Positions 38,709-48,154 of a stretch of 64,000 nt of DNA are shown here, in pieces. The translations under genes and the position numbers were made by a program. Source of the DNA: a virus; the IMG/VR virus record IMGVR_UViG_3300042922_001062, positions 1 through 64,000 of that record; one strand, written 5' to 3'. Under the pieces are notes generated by a model. It was given only the letters and a program-made list of their open reading frames with translations, was not told where the DNA came from and did no database searches. Every line of letters starts with the position of its first letter. Within the stretch, counting starts at the first letter, position 1.

Positions 38709-39356
38709 ATGCAATGCGTCGTCGACTGGCTCTACACGTGGCAGACGCTCATCTCGGGCGTGTTGGCACTGGGGGCGGCGGCGATGACTGTGGGGCTTCT
38801 GCGGATCCAGATCGAGGACGAGCGCGCCCGACACCGTTCCCAGCGGATAGCTAAGACATTGGCGGCCCGAGCGACGTTGCCAGATGCCCTGAGCGACATC
38901 GCGCGATACACCCGGGAGTGCATGGCTTATCTCGTCGGCAAGCGAGCCGAGCCACCGTTGGCGCCGGCCGACGGGATAGCCGCGATCAAGGGCGCAATTG
39001 AATTCTGCGATGGCGACCCGGCCACCGCTCTCTTCGCTCTCGCCAGCTATTATCAAGTCCAACGAGCCCGGCTGGCGGAACATCGAGTTCGCCGAGGTCC
39101 AGAAAATCTGGACCGAATGCGAGATTGTGCGCACCTCAGAGCGCTGAGCGATCGGCTATTCGATTACGCTCGAGGAGAAGGCCTCGATGTTCGGACGGGT
39201 CGGCCGGATCCTGAAGAAGTTGTGAGGGCACTTGGCCAGATCGTCGGGCCTGGACCCATGATGACTCGTCCGAACGAACGTGCTCGGCTCGAGGCCTGGA
39301 TAAGAGGCACTCCCTTACGCCCCGACGACGAAGATGAGGCCGAGGAAGACGAGTAG
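38709..39356 (+). CDS. Membrane-anchored hypothetical protein
   Basis: WQTLISGVLALGAA TM segment. Confidence 0.6.
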   Translation: MQCVVDWLYTWQTLISGVLALGAAAMTVGLLRIQIEDERARHRSQRIAKTLAARATLPDALSDIARYTRECMAYLVGKRAEPPLAPADGIAAIKGAIEFCDGDPATALFALASYYQVQRARLAEHRVRRGPENLDRMRDCAHLRALSDRLFDYARGEGLDVRTGRPDPEEVVRALGQIVGPGPMMTRPNERARLEAWIRGTPLRPDDEDEAEEDE

Positions 39357-39566
39357 ACGTCGGCTTGGCGGGTGCTCGCCTCCACGGTCTCTCTCGATCC
39401 CCGATGCCGCCGAATTGACACTGCTGCCGATCATGATGAACGTGTAGTGGCGGCGTAGGCGCCATGCCGGGCGAGAGCCTCGGCCTGGCCCTGCAGATCC
39501 TGACGGCTTTCCTATTCGGAGCGGAACAGGAGTAGGGACTGCCTCAGAGAATCTTGATTTACGTCC

Positions 39567-39632
39567 CTATAGTCCGGCCGCCTTGCGGAGCGCGGCATTG
39601 ATGCGATCCTGCCAGCCTGGCCCGTCCGAAGA
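39567..39632 (-). pseudogene. BrnA-like antitoxin C-terminal remnant
   Basis: Reads DGPGWQDRINAALRKAAGL-stop; no start codon, in-frame stop upstream. Confidence 0.65.
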
Positions 39633-39647
39633 CGAACCTTAGTTCGT

Positions 39648-42077
39648 TCAGGCAGCCGCAGGCTTTTGCCGAGCCACGTACATTGCCATAGGCACGCACG
39701 GCAAATGGTGATTCGAGCTCGACATGAGGAGCAATCGGTTCACGTTGTTGTCCTGGAACCCGCCGATCCGTATCACCGATTGCAGCCATCCGATGGAATG
39801 CGGCACTCTGGCCTTCTTGATAAGGCGTTGGATGGCTGTCCTACTTCGGGAATGTCGCGCCGCCAATTGCGCTTCGAAGTTTGGCTTCACTTCTTCCGCC
39901 TTCAGAGACTTTAGGTAGTTGAACGTGCGACGGATCACCGATCGGAACTCGACGAATTCAGGTGCTTCTCTCAAGCTAAGGATATCGTCGCACTGGGTCG
40001 GAAACTCCAGTGGGGCTGACCGGATGTCTGCCGCAAGCGAATGTAGCGTCGATGAAGTTCCCAAATAGCGGCGGTTCAAAGCTGCGTTCAGCTCCAGCCA
40101 ACGATGCTTGCTGTCAGTGAGGATCTGCGCCCCCGTGGCTTGCGCCAAATACATGGCGATTTCGAAGTTGGGTGCCAACTTCATGAGCTGGATCTGTCCA
40201 CCTGTTTCGGGAGCCAAGCTCTCCGGTTGGAGCACGGCAAGCGGGTCGGCCTCTCGGAGCTGGCCGATTTGCGGCATCAGTTCGTCGAGATCGACTGTTT
40301 CGCCCTGCGGCATTGCTCGAGCGATCTGATTGCGTAGCCCCTCTTCGGACAAAGCGAGGAGTGTGCGCTTGAAGTCGTCGCGCATCAGTTCCTCCATCCG
40401 AGGGTCGTTTGAAATCTCGAACTCAAGGCCGGATGCCCGCGCCCTGGCCATCGCCATCATTTGATCGCGCAGGTGGATGTCGAAGTCACAAGGATCGGGG
40501 ATCAGGTTGACCAGACCCGCCTCGACCAACGGCATCATGCTCACGAAGAAATGGATCGTCTTCAACAGTTCGCCCCGGTACTGACCCGGGTGCTCGGTCG
40601 GACGGAATTTCTTATTCAGGGTGCCGGGGTGGACGAAAGGGTGCTGAATCAGCATTTCACCGAAATACAGCGGCGAACCAATCGCGAATTCGTTGATGTG
40701 CTGGGGATGGAGGGAGCCGGTATAGACCGATCGAAGCTGCCCGTCCGGCTTTGGGAGTAAGTCGAGCAGGTCGGTTTCCAGTGGCCATAGGCCTTCGTAA
40801 AGGCTATAGGCACTTGCAATCTTTTCGTCGGTCATCTCGCGCCGAACTTGGGTCCAGTCCTTTCTGTCCAGTTCAAGGAGGTTCGACAAGCCGCGGAGAA
40901 GCATAAGGTTTCGCTCGCGGATGCTCCTAGCCGTCCAGCTCGGCCTTAGCTCGGATGGCTTCGGCTCGCAGCATCTGGCGAAGAGGTCGCCGGACCCACA
41001 ACCACAAGAGTCCTTCGGTTTCAGCGGTGACACCGGCAGATCCTTTTGAAGGAACGCGCGCGGCTTTTCTGACCGGCCAAACTCATCCTGATAGTGAACA
41101 TGTCCGCTGTCGAATTTGGCAAACATTTCACCGCCAAAAAGGTGGAGTTCGGTCTCTGGTGGTCGTAGTGTCTCCCGCAACTCCTTCCAAGATTTCTTCA
41201 CCGTTTTCTCTGGATAAAGCCATGCCTCGCGTCCAGCAGCGATGTATCTTTCGGAGCGAGCCTTGAGGATGAAGTTGATCTCCGAGACTTGTTGATCATC
41301 GAGTTCGCGAGACCGGATGAAATCGATCGTCGATACCATCGTCGGATGAAAGTTCCGAGCGAAGGTCCGGTTCTCAAGCGGATTCACGTCCGGGTTCTTT
41401 GCATACTCAAGATTTGTCAGGATCAGGCAGTGGTCTGGTCCCAGAGGGAAGATGGTCTGCGAACCTTTCCATGCAATTGCCGGATCGTCGGTTTGGTCGC
41501 AACCAAGGTCTGCGGGAGGAGCAGCATAGTTATAAATCGTTACCGGATGGTCGGTAATGATGAACTTGACAGAGGCATTTCCCGCCGAGACAATCTCCCG
41601 GACGCCAGTGGTCCAAATGGTACAATTGAGAAAACGAATACCCTGCATCTCAAGCATAAGCTCATTCTGGGAAAGCTCAGGGTACTGTCGCTTTAGCCAC
41701 TCTAGGCCCTTTGGAGTGCGAAGCTTTTGGATGTCGATATACTCGAAAAAGGTCTTGAAGTGGGAGTGCCATGCGGCCTTGTCCAAGCCAGAGAGGGCGC
41801 GGACCGCGTCCGCGCCGCGGGTGTCAATGTCGCCGAATAGTTGTCGCTCGATTTCATCGTTTACCGCCGTTCCAAAGAATGTTGAATAAAGATCCCTTTG
41901 AACGAACGCACGGGATGTTGGAGAGTCAAACAATGACCGCCCTGTGTTTTTTCCTCCATCCCTCCGTGTGAAAATCGGCGGTGACAAGTCGAGATAGAAT
42001 AAGGTTCTGCCTCCGTCGGTGAGGAAGCGTTCTTGATACCATTGGGGAACGTAGTGATTATTTCTTCTTACTGACAT
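39648..42077 (-). CDS. DUF4238 plus SEC-C motif protein (candidate anti-phage)
   Basis: NNHYVPQWY, FIITDHPV, IFPL.PD.CL; CGCGSG..F..CC; lower GC. Confidence 0.75.
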   Translation of the reverse strand: MSVRRNNHYVPQWYQERFLTDGGRTLFYLDLSPPIFTRRDGGKNTGRSLFDSPTSRAFVQRDLYSTFFGTAVNDEIERQLFGDIDTRGADAVRALSGLDKAAWHSHFKTFFEYIDIQKLRTPKGLEWLKRQYPELSQNELMLEMQGIRFLNCTIWTTGVREIVSAGNASVKFIITDHPVTIYNYAAPPADLGCDQTDDPAIAWKGSQTIFPLGPDHCLILTNLEYAKNPDVNPLENRTFARNFHPTMVSTIDFIRSRELDDQQVSEINFILKARSERYIAAGREAWLYPEKTVKKSWKELRETLRPPETELHLFGGEMFAKFDSGHVHYQDEFGRSEKPRAFLQKDLPVSPLKPKDSCGCGSGDLFARCCEPKPSELRPSWTARSIRERNLMLLRGLSNLLELDRKDWTQVRREMTDEKIASAYSLYEGLWPLETDLLDLLPKPDGQLRSVYTGSLHPQHINEFAIGSPLYFGEMLIQHPFVHPGTLNKKFRPTEHPGQYRGELLKTIHFFVSMMPLVEAGLVNLIPDPCDFDIHLRDQMMAMARARASGLEFEISNDPRMEELMRDDFKRTLLALSEEGLRNQIARAMPQGETVDLDELMPQIGQLREADPLAVLQPESLAPETGGQIQLMKLAPNFEIAMYLAQATGAQILTDSKHRWLELNAALNRRYLGTSSTLHSLAADIRSAPLEFPTQCDDILSLREAPEFVEFRSVIRRTFNYLKSLKAEEVKPNFEAQLAARHSRSRTAIQRLIKKARVPHSIGWLQSVIRIGGFQDNNVNRLLLMSSSNHHLPCVPMAMYVARQKPAAA

Positions 42078-42134
42078 TGCCCTTTAGCATCGCTCCCGCC
42101 GCTAGTTGCTGCAATTCTTACCGGCTTGGGCGAA

Positions 42135-43397
42135 TTAAGGATGGCCTCGCAGCGCGATCATCTTGTTCGCGACACGGGCGGCCAAGTCGGAATGAAACTC
42201 CTCAAGGCTCTCCGCGGCTTCGATGAGGGCTTCGTCGGCACCGTCATCGTCCATCGCTTCGACCAGCTGCTCGACCTGTTGCGCAAGCTCTTCGAGCGCC
42301 TGATAGAGCCGGGTGCATTGGTCCAGAGTGAGCGACGGGTCGGCGAGGGCAGCGGGGACATCCTTGGCGAGATGCTTCGCCCTCTCGCCGCGCTCGCGCA
42401 GCAAAGTCATCCAGTCCGTCGCCATGTCGACGCGCTCCAGCAAAGCCGTCAGCTCCGCCCGTTTCAGGGTCGCCTCGATAGTGGTCTCCTTCAACGCAGG
42501 TCCGCCGGGGCGGTGGGGGGACGTGACGGCCGCCCGAACGGCCAGTGCGCTCGATGGTGGCGCAGCGCCGATCGTGGCCATGAAATCCCCTTCGGGCACG
42601 ATGCGCACGATATGGCCGGCGGCGAGCATGGCTTCGGCCTTGAGGTGCTTCGCGCTCTTGGGCGTGCCGAAATGCACGTCTCGATCGCCGAGCACGAGCA
42701 TGGTGGTGTGGCGGGTGACGCCCGGATGAACGTCGGCGCCAGCGGCCGCGGCAAGATCGGCCGCGGCGCTCTTGCCGAGCTCCAGCTTGCCGGTGAACAC
42801 CACGACCTGGCCCGACAACGGCCCGTCGCCGACAGCCTCTCGGCGGATCGGAGCCGCCTTCTCGCCGGAGACCGGCAGTTCAACGCGGCGGAACCAGCCG
42901 TCCAGGTCCAGGCCGGTTTCTTCCATGGCGCGGTGCAGGATCACGCCGGCGGCGCGCGCGTCCTCAAGAGCGTCGTGGTGACGGAAGGCGATGCCGAACT
43001 CGGCGGCAATGATCGGCAGGCTGTAGCTCGCCCTGTCGGGCCATGCCCGCCGGGCGACGCGGATTGTGTCGAGCCAGCGGTTGCCGACGGATGCCAAGCC
43101 ATGGCGATCGCAGGCCCGCATCAGCGACGTCCGGTCGAAGGGTCCATGGCTGATAACGGGCCGGTCACCGAGAGCATTGAGAAGCCAGTCGTGCCGGTGG
43201 CGGAAGGGCAGGCACCCCGCGACGGCTTCCTCGTCGATGCCATGAATGCCGACGTTAAAGGCGTCGAAATAGTCCTCCGGGTCGATGAGGTGACATTCGG
43301 CGTGGATCTCTCTGCCGCCATCGAACACGACGACGCCAAGCTGGCAGATGCTGCTGTAGTTCGCGTTCGCGGTTTCTACATCGATCGCGACGAACAT
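42135..43397 (-). CDS. DEDDh 3'-5' exonuclease with BRCT domain
   Basis: FVAIDVETAN, HHDALEDA; GQVVVFTG.L..VT..TT.LV.G. Confidence 0.85.
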   Translation of the reverse strand: MFVAIDVETANANYSSICQLGVVVFDGGREIHAECHLIDPEDYFDAFNVGIHGIDEEAVAGCLPFRHRHDWLLNALGDRPVISHGPFDRTSLMRACDRHGLASVGNRWLDTIRVARRAWPDRASYSLPIIAAEFGIAFRHHDALEDARAAGVILHRAMEETGLDLDGWFRRVELPVSGEKAAPIRREAVGDGPLSGQVVVFTGKLELGKSAAADLAAAAGADVHPGVTRHTTMLVLGDRDVHFGTPKSAKHLKAEAMLAAGHIVRIVPEGDFMATIGAAPPSSALAVRAAVTSPHRPGGPALKETTIEATLKRAELTALLERVDMATDWMTLLRERGERAKHLAKDVPAALADPSLTLDQCTRLYQALEELAQQVEQLVEAMDDDGADEALIEAAESLEEFHSDLAARVANKMIALRGHP

Positions 43398-43468
43398 GGC
43401 TCCCTCCCATACCTTCCGGAAGGTTGCACATCGGCTCCGTTCACGGCAAGCGCGCCTGTTCTGCGACG

Positions 43469-44317
43469 CTACTCGGTGAGCAGCCCCGCCAAACGCCCCT
43501 TTGCGATAAGATAGCTAACAAAGGAAGCGCACGCTCCCAGCATGAACAACGCGTCAGCCTCGTCGACGTTCGCGGCGTCTTGGTCGAGCAGCGAGTGCCG
43601 TATGCCTTTCTCGTCGCTGGCATAGCCATAAAGGGCCGAGAATCCTTTCTTCATTGCCTCGTGGATGGCGCCAGCCTTTTCCAGTTTGACCAGAGCGGGG
43701 CCAAGTGTAGTCGATCCCGGCGCTAGCTGTACTGCGACCGCTTCAACAGCATGGATAGCTTCGCGCACGCAGTCCGGATACTTTCCTGCAGTGGCAGCTT
43801 CTATCGAGGACCTCAAATGGGCATAGGCGCCGGTGATGCCGACAGCGCGTGCGGACTTGAGTGCTGCTTCGAGAGCTGCAGCCTCCGTCGGATCGGTTAT
43901 GGGGGCAATAGTATCCCCGTCGACCACGCGATAAGCTGCGTGACAATTAACTAAAACGTCGGCAATATGCTTGCGGAATGCGGCTGGCGTATAATTGAAT
44001 CTTAGTATCCATTCAATAAATCCAAAAACTTCTACGTAGTCGCCGTTCTCTATAATTGTCTGAATTCGTCGTATTTGTTGAAAGTGCAAAGAAATGTATT
44101 CACTAGAGAATCTATTTTGATGAAATACAAACTCCGCCTTGAGAATTGCATTCCATGGCTCGGCAACGGTGTGGTCGCCGCGCCTTGGAAGAACATGCAT
44201 GTCGAACACGAAGAACAATTGAGCCCTCAGTTGAGGGGAAAGTTTTTTCAAGGCGAGTTGCGTTGGTAACGGTGCGCGACCTTCGGCTTGCTCAAAGGAG
44301 ACTAATTTCCTGTCCAT
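43469..44317 (-). CDS. AbiJ-like N-terminal domain plus HEPN-like protein (candidate abortive infection)
   Basis: SFEQAEG..LR..L, EVFGFIE, REAIHAVE, LYGYASDEKGIRHS; AT-rich. Confidence 0.6.
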   Translation of the reverse strand: MDRKLVSFEQAEGRAPLPTQLALKKLSPQLRAQLFFVFDMHVLPRRGDHTVAEPWNAILKAEFVFHQNRFSSEYISLHFQQIRRIQTIIENGDYVEVFGFIEWILRFNYTPAAFRKHIADVLVNCHAAYRVVDGDTIAPITDPTEAAALEAALKSARAVGITGAYAHLRSSIEAATAGKYPDCVREAIHAVEAVAVQLAPGSTTLGPALVKLEKAGAIHEAMKKGFSALYGYASDEKGIRHSLLDQDAANVDEADALFMLGACASFVSYLIAKGRLAGLLTE

Positions 44318-44346
44318 GATCCGCCCCACTTCCAATGCGTGGCAAC

Positions 44347-44549
44347 CTGCCATTGGAGTACCGGCAGCGCAATGAGCGCCTTCGCGATCCCCTCTTGGCG
44401 GAGGGGGCGAAGCAGCGCATAAATGGGATTGGGCTTGAACACCCGGACGAAAGTTATAGCGCGACGCCCTTGGCGGGGCTTGGCGCCGAAGCACAGCGCC
44501 CTTGGCGGGGCGGTGTGCAAGGTCGCACCTTGGCGGGTGCGCCGGACCT
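44347..44549. ncRNA. Candidate structured RNA: four hairpins with TTGGCG loops
   Basis: Hairpins at 44389-44406, 44466-44479, 44491-44518 and 44524-44541 have different stems and the same loop. Confidence 0.6.
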
Positions 44550-44694
44550 GGCCATCATGGCCGGGAGCGGTGCGCTATGTCCAGAGGGTACGCCCTTAAA
44601 AGCGCGTCGGCCTGTAACTTTCGCAGGTGTTCAACTCCCGGCTGCCGGTCTGCTACCGGCGACGGCCTTGAACAGCCGAACGAAAGTACATCCC

Positions 44695-45090
44695 ATGAAC
44701 ATGAACGCCAGCCGGCCGAGACCGGCCAGCATCCCACCGACCGAGGTCGCGCGGAAGCTTCTCGACATCCGTCACGACCTCCAGCGCGAGCTTCAGCGCG
44801 TGGACACCCTGCTTGCAATGCTCGGCGCCCCGGTGGCGGCGGCAGGGTGTCAGCCGGACACTCCGGCGGGACGTGGCCCCAATTTCGGGGAGACGTCGGC
44901 GAGTGATCTCCTCTATGGAGCGCCAGCCATTGCGGGCTATCTTGGCCTTACCGAGAAGCAGGCCCGGCACCGTATCGAGGCGGGGAATATTCCGGCCTTC
45001 AAGATCGGCGGCACGGTGTGCGCCCGCCAATCCTCCCTGTCCACATGGCTCGCGAACCTCGAAGCCGCAGCCGCGCATGCGGAGGACTGA
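44695..45090 (+). CDS. Excisionase-like HTH protein, paralogue of 31630
   Basis: LLYGAPAIAGYLGLTEKQARH..IPAFKIGGTVCAR. Confidence 0.7.
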   Translation: MNMNASRPRPASIPPTEVARKLLDIRHDLQRELQRVDTLLAMLGAPVAAAGCQPDTPAGRGPNFGETSASDLLYGAPAIAGYLGLTEKQARHRIEAGNIPAFKIGGTVCARQSSLSTWLANLEAAAAHAED

Positions 45091-45092
45091 TC

Positions 45093-45344
45093 ATGCTGGT
45101 GGATCATGATTTCGGCGGACTGCTTCCGCCGGCAAGCGTCGATCGCATCGCCACGCGCCGCGCGCTCGCGTCGATCATCGAGCGGGCGCTCGCGCTGCGG
45201 GATGCCCTCGATGATGACGCCGATCTTGAGGAGTGCGGCGACGCCGAGCCCAGCCTCGGTGCATCGGAGGCAGGCGCGCACTTCTGGTCTCAGATCGGAT
45301 GGGCGAGGGGAGGCGACGGCGACCTTGAATGGGGGGGGTCATGA
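45093..45344 (+). CDS. Small acidic hypothetical protein
   Basis: RBS GGAGG; DALDDDADLEE..AEPSLG. Confidence 0.55.
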   Translation: MLVDHDFGGLLPPASVDRIATRRALASIIERALALRDALDDDADLEECGDAEPSLGASEAGAHFWSQIGWARGGDGDLEWGGS

Positions 45345-45760
45345 CCGTGCGCTCTATGCTCTCGGTGGTCGGGGGAACTGACCTCGCGGAGGGTATGCCC
45401 AAATTTGGGGGTACCCCCTTCCGCTCCTCCAAGGTGTTCATCAACCCCGACTGGTCGGCCATCTGCCACGCACTGGAAGGTATCGACCCTGAGCACCTCC
45501 AGACGGCGCCCATAGCGTCGCTGGTGGCCGGTATGGAGGCGCGCCTGCGGTTCTGCTGCCAGACGCTCTCCCTGCCGTCCTACGCGTGGCAGGAGGGCCA
45601 TACGGCCATAGCGAAGTGCCTCGACGATGCGTCGGCGCTCTCCGACTTCGCGGCGCAGTGGGGAATCTCCACAGACTGGATACTACTAGGGGACGCCCGC
45701 TCCTATGTTCGGGTGCGCACCTTCGGCGCCGCCGGTAGCATCCGCTGGGCCGCTGACTGA
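45341..45760 (+). CDS. Hypothetical protein with XRE-like C-terminus
   Basis: FAAQWGISTDWILLG. Confidence 0.5.
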   Translation: MTVRSMLSVVGGTDLAEGMPKFGGTPFRSSKVFINPDWSAICHALEGIDPEHLQTAPIASLVAGMEARLRFCCQTLSLPSYAWQEGHTAIAKCLDDASALSDFAAQWGISTDWILLGDARSYVRVRTFGAAGSIRWAAD

Positions 45761-45891
45761 CTATCCGCCCGGCGCCGCCTCGCGCTGGCGCCGGGCATTT
45801 CGATACGACATGAGAATTTCATCAAGGCATTGAGCATGCTGGGCTTTCCCGGGCTTCCTAAAGCTGCATGCGACAACCGAGGCAAATCACC

Positions 45892-47190
45892 ATGGCGAGT
45901 GTTCGCAAGCGCAAGTGGATCCACAACGGCAAAGAGGGTGAAGCGTGGGTCGTCAACTATACCGACCAGGGGGGCAAGCGCCGGCAGAAGGCTTTCGACC
46001 GGAAGAAGGAAGCCGACGCTTATCGGACGGAGATCGAAGCGGAGATCAAGCAGGGAGTGCATACTGCTCTCAACGAGAGCGTGAAGGTCTCTGAGGCCGT
46101 GCGGGCGTTCTGCGTCGACTGCCAGAAGCGCGTGACGGCAGGAACGATGACGAATGGAGGATTCAAGAGCTACCGATGGAAGCTCGAAAAGTACGCAGTG
46201 CAGAAGTTCGGCACCCGCAAGGTTTCCACGATCACGGCTGAGGAGGTGCAAGATTGGGTGGACGAGTTGCTGCGGACGCTGTCGCCGACCTCTGTCACGG
46301 GCATCTACGTGGCCTTCGGCGTACTGCTATCGTTCGCGGTCCGGCGCCGTTGGGTGCGTAGGAACATCCTGCGGGACATGCCGTGCAAGCTACCGGCAAG
46401 GCCAAAGCGCAAGGCGGTGCCGACCAAGGCAGATATTTTGGCCCTGATGCACGCCGCATCTACGATGGAGCGCGGCGAGAACCTCCTGACGTTCGTCAAT
46501 CGGCTGGTCGTTGTGGCCTGCGGCGTGTTCGGCGGCTTCCGCCCTGGAGAAACGTTCGGCCTTCAATGGGAGGACGTCGACTGGCAGAAGGGCGTCATCC
46601 ACGTCCGCCACAGCCACACTAAAATGGACGGGCTGAAGGCGCCCAAGACCGAGGCGGGATATCGCGATGTTCCAATAACCGCCCCCATTGATCGGGCCTT
46701 GCGGCAGTGCGCGCGCTACTGGACGATCCGCCGGCTTGCTGAAGGGCCGGGTTTCGGCAGCGATCACCCGAAGGCGATCTTCTCGCGGATCGCGCGCATG
46801 TGGGAGGGCGAGTTTATCGCGGTGCGGCCGGAGGACCTGAAGGGGTTCGTAATCCTGACCAAGGTGGGCAAGCCGATGACGGCGACGGCGAGCGCAACGA
46901 CGTTCTGGTCCCGGCTGATGAAGGCGGCGGGCCTGCAAACGGAGGACGGGAAGAACCGCTTCACGCCGCACGCGCTGCGCCACGCCGCGGCGAGCCTGCT
47001 TATTGAGGCGGGTCTCGACGACATGAACCTGAAGCGCTTCATCGGGCACGCCTCGATCCAGACGACGAAGGATATCTACGGGCACCTTTTCCCGACAGAC
47101 GAACGGATGGTTGCAACAACGGCAGCGATTGCGCGCGATCTGGACGCAACAACAGAGCGACAAACATCTGTAAGGCACCCGCTGCAATAG
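45892..47190 (+). CDS. int: Satellite tyrosine integrase
   Basis: GFRPGE, PKT, HALRH, IGHASIQTT.DIYGH; stop 7 nt before attR. Confidence 0.93.
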   Translation: MASVRKRKWIHNGKEGEAWVVNYTDQGGKRRQKAFDRKKEADAYRTEIEAEIKQGVHTALNESVKVSEAVRAFCVDCQKRVTAGTMTNGGFKSYRWKLEKYAVQKFGTRKVSTITAEEVQDWVDELLRTLSPTSVTGIYVAFGVLLSFAVRRRWVRRNILRDMPCKLPARPKRKAVPTKADILALMHAASTMERGENLLTFVNRLVVVACGVFGGFRPGETFGLQWEDVDWQKGVIHVRHSHTKMDGLKAPKTEAGYRDVPITAPIDRALRQCARYWTIRRLAEGPGFGSDHPKAIFSRIARMWEGEFIAVRPEDLKGFVILTKVGKPMTATASATTFWSRLMKAAGLQTEDGKNRFTPHALRHAAASLLIEAGLDDMNLKRFIGHASIQTTKDIYGHLFPTDERMVATTAAIARDLDATTERQTSVRHPLQ

Positions 47191-47197
47191 GAAAAAT

Positions 47198-47215
47198 ATT
47201 CCTCCGCCCGATGAC
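47198..47215 (+). repeat. attR core of the satellite
   Basis: ATTCCTCCGCCCGATGAC. Confidence 0.95.
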
Positions 47216-48089
47216 CATCGTCGGCCGCTTCGGCACCGGCAACATCCCGGCGCTGACCCGCATCCCCTTCCGGGTGCCGCTGATCTCGGAGACCTCCGAG
47301 AGCGACGCCCAGTGGGTCGGTGAGGGCAAGGGCAAGCCGCTGACCAAGTTCGGTGTCGGTCGCACCGAGCTCACTCCCCTGAAGATCGCCACCATCGCTG
47401 TCCAGACGATGGAACTCATCCGCGACAGCTCGCCGTCTTCGGACGTGCTGGTGCGGAACTCGCTGGCGAAGGCCATCGCGAAGCGCACCGACCTCTCGTT
47501 CATCGATCCGTCCTCGGCGGCTTCCGCCGGCGTCCGCCCGGGTTCGGTTCTGAATGGTGTCGCCGCCACGGCGAACAGCACGGCCACGGGCGCCGACGGT
47601 GTCCGCGAGGATGTCCAGGCGATCATTGGCGCCTTCGTGGCGGCGAACAACCCGCTGCAATCCGGCGTCTGGGTGATGTCGGCGACCTACGCGCTTCGGC
47701 TCATGATGATGCTGAACCCGCTGGGCCAGCGCGAATTCCCCGGCATCACGATGCAGGGCGGCACCTTCTTCGAGCTGCCGGTCATCGTGTCGAACTACCT
47801 CGGCGACTACGTAGCCCTGGTCAATGCCGAGGACATCTGGTTCGCCGATGAAGGCGGGGTCGACGTCGCCATGTCGACTGAAGCGTCGCTGGAGATGGTG
47901 GACAACCCGACGCAGGACAGCGGCGCCGAAACTCCGGTCGATTCCGAGATGGTGTCGATGTTCCAGACCAACTCGGTCGCCTTCCGCGCCGAGCGCACGC
48001 TGAACTGGGCGCGCCGCCGCTCCAGCGCGGTAGCGTGGATGGACAACATCACCTGGAGTGATCCGGCCGAAGAGAGCGCCGGCGTCTGA
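47211..48089 (+). pseudogene. 3' part of the helper major capsid gene
   Basis: WVGEGKGKP, SMFQTN..AFRAER; joins in frame with the 5' part across the repeat. Confidence 0.9.
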
Positions 48090-48154
48090 TCGCCGCCGCG
48101 CGAATGAGCCGGCCGCGATCATGCGGCCGGCTTCCTCTTGATGGGGAGGCTTCC

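Larger units (their letters stand above)
31436..47215. mobile_element. Helper-embedded phage satellite (15,762 bp excised unit)
   Basis: Direct repeats, integrase at the right end, Rha/HTH genes, packaging-site copy, capsid homologue, cargo genes. Confidence 0.92.

Noticed and set aside
39523-39539. LexA box in the satellite
   Set aside because: GAAC is not followed by a second GAAC at N7 spacing
39567-39632. Functional BrnT/BrnA toxin-antitoxin system
   Set aside because: Only about 20 C-terminal codons remain and no brnT is visible
31436-47215. Second complete prophage or capsid-forming PICI
   Set aside because: No terminase, portal, protease, primase, tail tube, tape measure or lysis genes between the att sites
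47211-48089. Independent complete capsid gene starting at ATG 47211
   Set aside because: The ATG lies inside the att core, has no well-spaced RBS, and the protein lacks its N-terminal region; it is the 3' half of the split gene
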